Shown in pieces: positions 56,874 to 64,000 of a DNA stretch of 64,000 nucleotides. The notes beneath the pieces were generated by a model, which saw only the letters and a program-made list of their open reading frames with translations, had not been told where the DNA came from and ran no database searches. This DNA comes from a virus (taxonomy: Duplodnaviria; Caudoviricetes). Position 1 is the first letter of the stretch; the number at the start of each line of letters is the position of its first letter. The translations under genes and the position numbers were made by a program. The DNA lies in IMG/VR virus record IMGVR_UViG_3300017716_001697, positions 288,001 through 352,000 of that record; one strand, written 5' to 3'.

Positions 56874-58094
56874 TTAATTAGGTTTTGTCTTAGCTCGTTG
56901 CTCGGCTATATTAGCTCTAATATCTTCGGCAGCAGTAACATCAATTTTTCGTTGTGCATACAGATCAACTTTCTGTTTCACTACTTGAGATACAGCTTGT
57001 TTCTCAGGTATCACTGTGCCGTTAGGTAACAATGTATCTCTGTTGTTATCAATAAATGTATCTAGTACACGGTTATAAGCAGTCCAACTTTTCAAAACAT
57101 CTACCTCTATAAGTCTGAAACAATTACCTTGTTTTTGGAATAATCTCTCTGGGTAATAATCTAATCGTAGATAATATTGCCCGTCTTGCATATTAGGCGG
57201 GAATGTTATTCCTGCACCAACTAACGGCCCACCATTTGGTGGTGCACCATCGCCGCTGTAGAAGTTACTGCCAATAACAGGGTAGTTTGTTTCAGGATCA
57301 ATGTAGATATACAAATTTGCACTCTCAAAGAATTTCGGATCAAAGAACGCATACTTTTCAGCTTCGGCTACGTTTTGATCTGTAATAGATATAATTTTAC
57401 AAAATAGATCCAAAGATGCCTTAATGTCTGGGTTACAACCTAGACCGGGTTCGCCACCATTAGTTGCAATCCCGGTAAATCCTTCAGGCATAATACCTAT
57501 GCCTTGTCCGACACCGCCTGCCGTATCGCCTGTCGCAGCTTGATCAACAATTTCTTTGAATTCTGGCGAAGCTGTCATTAATTTAGCTCTTACAAGCCAA
57601 ATATGTGGAAACCATTTCTGTCCATATCCAGCAGCCGCGTATAATGCGTCGTGAACTACGTAATACCTATTTATACCTACAGCATTATCAAAGATAGGGA
57701 CATCTCTCATACTAGGGAATTCTAAGACATCACCTGCTATTAATTTTCGTCCTATAGCATCAACCATATCGTTATAATGAAACTGTATGCGAATCATGTC
57801 TGAGCTAAGGAATATACCGAACTGGGATAAATCGTAGTTTACGTCCTGTGGGGTATGATGTCCACGCAATTCTATGACATCTGGGTTGTATTTCCTTGAT
57901 GTGTTCTCTAAGAATAGCACATCTTGTATAGATGTTAGTGATGTATCAGTGCTACCAGTCGAGTCAATTTCGGGCCCTTCATACATATGGACAAGGATGC
58001 CGTCCCCAGATATGCGGAGTGCTTCGCCGACCACTCTGTCAGTAAAATTGAAATCACTGCCTTTTTGCGGTGACCACAAACTAATTCTTGGCAT
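56874..58094 (-). CDS. neck / head-completion protein, T4 gp14-like
   Basis: LFLENTSRKY, DLSQFGIFL, GRKLIAGDVLEFP, WFPHIW motifs; next to the gp15-like gene. Confidence 0.55.
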   Translation of the reverse strand: MPRISLWSPQKGSDFNFTDRVVGEALRISGDGILVHMYEGPEIDSTGSTDTSLTSIQDVLFLENTSRKYNPDVIELRGHHTPQDVNYDLSQFGIFLSSDMIRIQFHYNDMVDAIGRKLIAGDVLEFPSMRDVPIFDNAVGINRYYVVHDALYAAAGYGQKWFPHIWLVRAKLMTASPEFKEIVDQAATGDTAGGVGQGIGIMPEGFTGIATNGGEPGLGCNPDIKASLDLFCKIISITDQNVAEAEKYAFFDPKFFESANLYIYIDPETNYPVIGSNFYSGDGAPPNGGPLVGAGITFPPNMQDGQYYLRLDYYPERLFQKQGNCFRLIEVDVLKSWTAYNRVLDTFIDNNRDTLLPNGTVIPEKQAVSQVVKQKVDLYAQRKIDVTAAEDIRANIAEQRAKTKPN

Positions 58095-58113
58095 AATTAT
58101 CCCCTTATTGCAT

Positions 58114-58147
58114 TATTTATCAATCGAATGCATTCGATTGATAAATA
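58114..58147. repeat. perfect 34-bp palindrome containing two divergent GATAAATA promoters
   Basis: TATTTATCAATCGAATG-CATTCGATTGATAAATA. Confidence 0.9.
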
Positions 58148-58210
58148 GTCTAAAGCAACAGACTGGTGTACGGTGCGCCAGACGGGACATAATCCCGAAC
58201 AGGAGAGCTT

Positions 58211-59116
58211 ATGACAGTAACTATTAACGCCAAAGGTACTAGCGTTCCGTTCTTTACGATCGGGAAAAACGGCACCACTATATATCAAGGGACCACTGAC
58301 CCGTCGGGTTCCTACACTGTTAGCAACGGTGATTATTGGTTAAACAACACAGCCAATTCATTAAATGTCAGGACTGCTGGCGCATGGGCCGCTCCGGCTA
58401 TTGGGTCGCTTAAATTCCCAACGAGTTCTGGTAGTAATGGTCAGACATTAGCGACAGATGGCAATGGTAATTTGTCATGGTCCTCGGCAGGCACTGGGAC
58501 AGTCACTTCAGCCTCTGTAGTTTCGGCAAACGGATTTGCAGGAACTGTTGCTACTGCTACAACCACACCTGCAATCACGTTAACAACATCAGTTACAGGT
58601 ATTTTAAACGGCAATGGTACATCAGTGGCAGCGGCAATTGCTGGTGATTTTCCAACATTAAATCAAAACACAACTGGCACAGCAGCATTAGCAGATAATA
58701 TAACTGGTGGACTAGGTGGTCAGATATTATACCAGTCGGCAGCGGCTACAACAGCGAGGCTAGCCAATGGCACTGCCGGTCAAATCCTTCAAAGTAATGG
58801 CACAACATTGGCGCCATCGTGGGTGGCTGCACCATCATCTAGTTCAATGGGTGTGGTAATTGTTTCGGGCACAAGCCAGACAGCTACGGCAGGAAATCAG
58901 TATGTGTTAACAAATGTTGCGTTAACGACAGTGACCTTGCCTGCATCTGCATCGGAAGGCGACACTGTATGGGTTACTGTTGCTAATGGACTCTCGACAA
59001 ATATTATTGCCCGCAATGGATTGACTATTATGGGCGGAACAGACGACATTGTAATTGATGTTCCTAATGCAACAATTCAATTAAGATATGTTAATTCATC
59101 TTGGAGATTCGTATGA
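58211..59116 (+). CDS. tail fibre / baseplate-fibre connector-like protein
   Basis: Thr/Gly/Ala-rich; C-terminal VTLPASASEGDTVWV...RNG..I.G..DD resembles the gp9/gp10-type domain; N-terminus paralogous to 62013. Confidence 0.55.
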   Translation: MTVTINAKGTSVPFFTIGKNGTTIYQGTTDPSGSYTVSNGDYWLNNTANSLNVRTAGAWAAPAIGSLKFPTSSGSNGQTLATDGNGNLSWSSAGTGTVTSASVVSANGFAGTVATATTTPAITLTTSVTGILNGNGTSVAAAIAGDFPTLNQNTTGTAALADNITGGLGGQILYQSAAATTARLANGTAGQILQSNGTTLAPSWVAAPSSSSMGVVIVSGTSQTATAGNQYVLTNVALTTVTLPASASEGDTVWVTVANGLSTNIIARNGLTIMGGTDDIVIDVPNATIQLRYVNSSWRFV

Positions 59117-61440
59117 CAACAGCAAATTTGAGTTCATTTTATAGCTCAGTGCCCATCGGTGGGGTTATTCCTGTCAGTAATGCAATGAGTACAGTGGGCA
59201 GCAATTTTCTAAAAGCAGATGGTGGCGATATTACTGCTGCATCTTATCCGGCGATTGCGAGTAACTTATTACCAGCAACGTCTGCAGCCATACGTGGAGT
59301 ATTTGGAACTTCACAGAACTTTTCGGGTGTCGCATACGGCAATGGCATGTATGTGGCTATACCGTTTATTACGCCGTTTTCTACAACTAGATATAGCGGC
59401 TGGTACGCTACATCCACCGATGGTACCAATTGGGTCCAACAAAATATGCGAAGTTTGCCTGCAATTGTTGGGTATTATATGAGCGCCATATCATTTCTTA
59501 ATGGCAAATTTTATATAGCAGCTCACGGTTATGGTCTTAGCAACTACATATTCTCTTCCACCGACGGTGTTAATTGGTCTCAGGTTATGGCTACTACGCA
59601 ATATGCATCGACTAATACCGGTGATCCCAATTATTATATAGTTGATGCGAGAATATGTAGTATTTCGTATGTTAATGGTGTTTATTTTGCACCAAGTTGG
59701 ACATCGGCGGCCCCACTAGGGCAGACATTAGATGGATATTACACCTCTACTGATGGAATAACGTGGACACCACGTGCCTCGCCAATTGGGTACGGCATTT
59801 CTATATCCTATGGCGCAGGTGTATATGTTATGGTAGGCTCAAACGGAGCAACATATTCATCGACTAATTATACTAGTTGGACTGTTCGGACAAACACTGC
59901 CACTGGCAGCGGTGGGTGGGCATGTGTATGTTTTGGTGTAGGTGCATCTGTTAATGGCGGCGCCGGAGCATTTGTGTCATGCCAGGGGATAACCGGCGCA
60001 GGAACATCAATTGGTTACTCAACTGACGGTATCACATGGCAGCAACGAACTGTCCCGAGTGGCAGGTATTACCGTGTTATCTATGCTAATGGTATATTTA
60101 TAGCAGTAGGTGAAACAACTGCTGGCGTCGGTGGAAAATGCGTTACATCAACCGACGGCCTTACGTGGACATCACAAACAATGCCAACCGGGAGTTGGTA
60201 TGATGTGGCGTATAACGCAGCTGGAGGTTTTGTTGCCGTAGGAAATGGAACAGCAAGAAACTATAGTGCAAAGTCAACAGACGGTGTAACATGGACAATG
60301 CAGCCATTAAATGATCCGACTAATATTGTAGATTCTTGCTATGGTACTGGTCTAGGATATATGACTGTAACTGCTACCGGCATCACATCAACATCAACTG
60401 ACGGCAATACATGGACTCAACGTACATCTCTTCCGGCAGCACTCAGTGTAACCTGCAACCCGTCAGGGTCGATATATGTAGCATGTACTAACAGTAGCGG
60501 CGCCATATACTCGACTACAGACGGTATAACATGGACATCTCGGTTTGGTGGAGTTACAAGTGCCGGCTCAACACCACGAGTGCGTTGGTGTAACGACAAA
60601 TTTATTGTTGTAGTTTCATATGGGACACTTACTGCAGGCGGCGGCAGAGTTGCATATTCGTATGATGGTATAACATGGACATTCTCGGATGCATCAGTGA
60701 TTACTGCTGACGGAAGCACCAATCAATTTGGATTACAATATCTTGACGTTGTTTATGGTAACGGAATGTATGTTATAGTAGGTGCAGATTCATACAATGC
60801 TGCGGGGTATGGTATCAACGGTTTTGACACAAATATGTCAGCATGGTCGAATGATGGTATTGTGTGGAATATGACACAAAACATGCCTACTAAATCTATG
60901 TGGACTGGCTGTGCATACGGTAATGGTGTATTTGTGGCAGTATCTAAACATGCGAGAAATACAGTAGGAAATGGTGCAATTTCTTTGTACAATGCAACGT
61001 ACGGAGGGTACGCCGGTTACAATTATCAAGGTGAAACTACCGGCAGGTTAGGTAGAGAATGCGCAGTGTCTACGAATGGAATTGATTGGGTTAGTTCGTT
61101 GTTGCCATTTGCTGCTGAATGGTCTTCTGTAACGTTTAATGGCCGTATGTTTATTGCGGTCGCCGCTTATGCTAAGGATTATGCAGTATCTAAAGATGGT
61201 TATAACTGGACAATCAGACCGGGCGCCGTGCAGGGATTTTGGAATAATATATGTGCTGGTCCAAACTATGAAGCCCTTGCTGTAAGTGGCAGCGGCGCCG
61301 TTCCGACTATTACTAGTTCGGCAATCACACCGGTAAACATACCTTCGGTGGCACTGAAGATTACTGAGTCTGCCACTCAGGTAACTTTACCTTACATCAG
61401 ACCGAGCGATGGCATTAATTACGCAGTGAGGGTTAAATAA
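59113..61440 (+). CDS. tail-fibre / receptor-binding protein with 13 Asp-box-like repeats
   Basis: Repeated S-T-D-G-x-x-W-T motifs; start MTTAN at 59113 overlapping the upstream stop; collar-like termini. Confidence 0.6.
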   Translation: MTTANLSSFYSSVPIGGVIPVSNAMSTVGSNFLKADGGDITAASYPAIASNLLPATSAAIRGVFGTSQNFSGVAYGNGMYVAIPFITPFSTTRYSGWYATSTDGTNWVQQNMRSLPAIVGYYMSAISFLNGKFYIAAHGYGLSNYIFSSTDGVNWSQVMATTQYASTNTGDPNYYIVDARICSISYVNGVYFAPSWTSAAPLGQTLDGYYTSTDGITWTPRASPIGYGISISYGAGVYVMVGSNGATYSSTNYTSWTVRTNTATGSGGWACVCFGVGASVNGGAGAFVSCQGITGAGTSIGYSTDGITWQQRTVPSGRYYRVIYANGIFIAVGETTAGVGGKCVTSTDGLTWTSQTMPTGSWYDVAYNAAGGFVAVGNGTARNYSAKSTDGVTWTMQPLNDPTNIVDSCYGTGLGYMTVTATGITSTSTDGNTWTQRTSLPAALSVTCNPSGSIYVACTNSSGAIYSTTDGITWTSRFGGVTSAGSTPRVRWCNDKFIVVVSYGTLTAGGGRVAYSYDGITWTFSDASVITADGSTNQFGLQYLDVVYGNGMYVIVGADSYNAAGYGINGFDTNMSAWSNDGIVWNMTQNMPTKSMWTGCAYGNGVFVAVSKHARNTVGNGAISLYNATYGGYAGYNYQGETTGRLGRECAVSTNGIDWVSSLLPFAAEWSSVTFNGRMFIAVAAYAKDYAVSKDGYNWTIRPGAVQGFWNNICAGPNYEALAVSGSGAVPTITSSAITPVNIPSVALKITESATQVTLPYIRPSDGINYAVRVK

Positions 61441-61892
61441 TGAAATACGCAATTATTAAAGACGAAGAAGTATCTAACTTAGTTTTTTCTGAAGTAGAAA
61501 CACCTGATAGCGAGTGGGTAGTATGTGCAGACGAAGTTGAATTAGGGTGGGGATATGTGGGAGGCGTGTTTATTGCACCCGTGGTACCACCACCTCCACC
61601 TCCACCTCCAAATACTACAGAATGGTTTATTGACTTAGGTCCATTTTATGATCGCTTCGGTAGTGTAAAGATGGCAATTCTTACAAGTCAGGATGTTGGA
61701 GTAAAGGCTGTAATAGCTGATTTAAATATTCGTGCATGGGTCAACCTTAAGGCTTCTGCGGTTAATGACGGTCTTATCTATATACATTATATTATTCCTG
61801 AATTAACAACAGAGCTTATCAACACAATTCTGACGACCCCAGTTGATCCTGCTGACAATCTAGCCTTGCGCAGAGCGTTTTTTTACATCTAA
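61440..61892 (+). CDS. putative tail-fibre assembly protein
   Basis: MKYAIIKDEEVSN...LGWGYVGGVFIAP followed by a poly-Pro linker; coupled to the fibre gene. Confidence 0.5.
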   Translation: MKYAIIKDEEVSNLVFSEVETPDSEWVVCADEVELGWGYVGGVFIAPVVPPPPPPPPNTTEWFIDLGPFYDRFGSVKMAILTSQDVGVKAVIADLNIRAWVNLKASAVNDGLIYIHYIIPELTTELINTILTTPVDPADNLALRRAFFYI

Positions 61893-61947
61893 TGTCACAT
61901 CGGTGATATGTATGAATATATGCTGTTGTCATAATATTGTGTTGGAA

Positions 61948-61955
61948 GATAAATA
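61948..61955 (+). promoter_or_regulatory. putative late promoter GATAAATA
   Basis: Intergenic, upstream of 62013. Confidence 0.65.
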
Positions 61956-62012
61956 TACGAAGTCAATGACTGATAATATATCAGACGGGGTTATACCCGA
62001 ACAGGAGCGTGA

Positions 62013-63197
62013 ATGTCTATAGTAATAAATGCCAAAGGAACAAGTGTACCATTCTTCAGGATCGGTAAGACTGGCATTACACTGTATCAGGGCCCTGTAG
62101 ATCCGAGCCTTACGTATACTCCTATCAATAGTGATGTATGGATTAACACTTCTACAAACGCATTAGAGATGTGGTCAGCGGCCGACACCGCATGGCGCGC
62201 ACCGAGATTGGCAGATTTGCATTTCAGTGGTAGCGCATTGGTCGCAGGCCCCACTGCCGACTTAACATTACGAACTGATGCCGGCAACAGTGTCATATTA
62301 GATGCTGCGGCAGCGGCGGCCCGCCTTACAGCAATTGTTGGTAAAGATCTTCATATTAATGAATCCATTGGTGGCTCTTTGTATCTAAATACGAACAAAT
62401 GGCCACCAATAGACGGTAGCGTGAATCAAGCATTGACAACAAACGGTGCCGGTGTATTATCCTGGTCGCCTATAGGGACGGTTACATCAGTTGGATTGGT
62501 TGATATATCGACTACTTCAATATTCTCTATTACTAATTCACCGGTTACTACATCAGGGTCTTTAACAGTTTTATTGAGCGATCAGCTTGCTAATACAGCA
62601 TTTTTAGCACCGACTGCTACAACAGGTCAACCGACATTTAGACAGTTAGAATATGTCGACCTACCTGTTAAATTATACGTCGAAAATCCTGTAGCGCCTG
62701 TAGCGCCTATTGCTACAGGTACTAATTCGTCAGCATTCGGGGCGTCTGCAAAGGCAGTATTATATGGGTCCAAAGCATACGCCAATGGGCAATTTTCTAA
62801 CCCGGGTGACTCTCAGCACGGTGTATATATTTTACGAAATAGCACAACAAACTCTACCCCAACTCCTCTGTTCCTCGACGGCTCTAGTGAACAGTTGGTA
62901 ATGCCGTTTAATTCAGTTGTCAGTTTTTCAATTGTAGTGGCAGCAAGGCAGGTAGATGTACCCACTGGTGGCGCCGGCTATAAATTCGACGGAGTGATTA
63001 AGAAGGATGGCACACATGCATCTTTATCATTCATTGGTGTCCCATCAAAAACTATATTAGGTGAAACTGATATAGCATGGGACATCACACTAGCATCTAA
63101 CACATCTACAGGAGCAATAGAAGTAATTGCTGTAGGTGAAAATACTAAAACGATACGGTGGACAGCAACAGTGCTTACAACTGAAGTATCGAACTAA
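62013..63197 (+). CDS. tail-fibre-associated protein
   Basis: N-terminus INAKGTSVPFF.IGK.G.T.YQG shared with 58211. Confidence 0.55.
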   Translation: MSIVINAKGTSVPFFRIGKTGITLYQGPVDPSLTYTPINSDVWINTSTNALEMWSAADTAWRAPRLADLHFSGSALVAGPTADLTLRTDAGNSVILDAAAAAARLTAIVGKDLHINESIGGSLYLNTNKWPPIDGSVNQALTTNGAGVLSWSPIGTVTSVGLVDISTTSIFSITNSPVTTSGSLTVLLSDQLANTAFLAPTATTGQPTFRQLEYVDLPVKLYVENPVAPVAPIATGTNSSAFGASAKAVLYGSKAYANGQFSNPGDSQHGVYILRNSTTNSTPTPLFLDGSSEQLVMPFNSVVSFSIVVAARQVDVPTGGAGYKFDGVIKKDGTHASLSFIGVPSKTILGETDIAWDITLASNTSTGAIEVIAVGENTKTIRWTATVLTTEVSN

Positions 63198-63214
63198 ATC
63201 AAGGAGATAATAAA

Positions 63215-64000
63215 ATGGATTTTGATTTTTCAACCGAGACGATTACACCGGATACGACAGCACTGTTGACAATTGGTGGCACAGGCGCATTAGAAGTGCC
63301 ATCTGGAACTACTGCAAACAGACCATCCGGCCCTGCCAATGGCGGCCTGCGTTACAACTCTGATATTAACAATATTGAGGGTTTTGTAAACAGTTCATGG
63401 ACAACAATTGCAACTGGCACCACAACACTAACACTAACTGGTGATGTGACAGGCACCGGCGCAGGATCCATCACAACATCGCTTGCCACAGTGAATGCCA
63501 GCGTCGGTACCTTTGCTGTACAGACGGTTAACGCTAAAGGTTTAGTGACCGCAGCTACTAATTTAACCGGAGATGCTACATCGTCCGGTTCCGCGTTAAC
63601 ACTTGCTACAGTGAATGCTAGCATTGGCACATTTACATCAGTCACAGTGAATGCTAAAGGGTTGGTAACAGCAGCTACAGATATGACAGCATCCGGCGAC
63701 GCCACTGGATCGGCCTCCGGGTCAGTGCTGGCATTAACTCTTGCGACAGTAAACGCATCACCGCAGACAGATACATTCCGTAAAATTACTGTTAATGGTA
63801 AAGGACTTGTTACTGCAACTAGTACAGTTTCATCAGGTGATATTACTACAGCGTTAGGATACACACCAGTCAACAAAGTCGGCGATACAATGACTGGTAA
63901 TTTAATTATGTCTGGCGCAACAGTTACTGGTTTACCGACGCCAGTTAACGCATCTGATGCTACTCCTAAGGGATATGTTGACAGTGCAGTCCAGGGTCTA
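63215..64000 (+). CDS. tail fibre protein (partial, runs off the window)
   Basis: AAGGAG RBS, ATG 63215; MDFDFSTETITP...; three TVN(A/G)KGLVTA repeats; GYTPVNKVGDTMTGNL; DATPKGYVD; not in the ORF track because there is no stop in the window. Confidence 0.75.
   Translation, partial: MDFDFSTETITPDTTALLTIGGTGALEVPSGTTANRPSGPANGGLRYNSDINNIEGFVNSSWTTIATGTTTLTLTGDVTGTGAGSITTSLATVNASVGTFAVQTVNAKGLVTAATNLTGDATSSGSALTLATVNASIGTFTSVTVNAKGLVTAATDMTASGDATGSASGSVLALTLATVNASPQTDTFRKITVNGKGLVTATSTVSSGDITTALGYTPVNKVGDTMTGNLIMSGATVTGLPTPVNASDATPKGYVDSAVQGL

Noticed and set aside
1-64000. CRISPR array or tRNA genes
   Set aside because: I found no regularly spaced direct repeats with unique spacers and no cloverleaf/T-loop (GTTCGA..CC) pattern in intergenic DNA; the repeats seen are inside CDSs
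1-64000. Alternative genetic code (stop-codon reassignment) as seen in some jumbo phages
   Set aside because: Long genes are intact under the standard code, and TAA, TGA and TAG all act as stops at tight gene junctions

Overview
This 64 kb window comes from a large T4-superfamily myovirus (probably jumbo-class). No host-chromosome, tRNA or CRISPR sequence was recognised. It holds a rearranged virion morphogenesis region. The head module has portal gp20, two core-like proteins, protease gp21, scaffold gp22 and major capsid gp23. The baseplate module has a 3839-aa giant protein, gp6-, gp25-, gp5/lysozyme- and gp53-like genes and an M15 peptidase. Also present are neck/terminator proteins, a tape-measure-like protein and tail-fibre genes. 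Other genes include a gp55-like late sigma factor, gp47/gp46, a Hjc-type resolvase, a GH108 lysin, a late-oriented sugar-modification cluster and a GH12 lipoprotein. The most notable signals read directly from the DNA are: (1) two morphogenesis genes that appear to start at non-AUG codons (ATT, ATA) behind an identical AGAGGCACCCAAA leader; (2) an approximately 560-nt promoter-to-terminator non-coding unit with many nested and long-range helices, a candidate large structured RNA; (3) a canonical A-AAT-TTT -1 slippery site plus hairpin that would fuse the gp26-like chaperone to an unannotated downstream frame; (4) a GATAAATA late-promoter motif in 13 intergenic positions, two of them inside a perfect 34-bp palindrome. 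Product names come from motif recognition only; no database searches were run.
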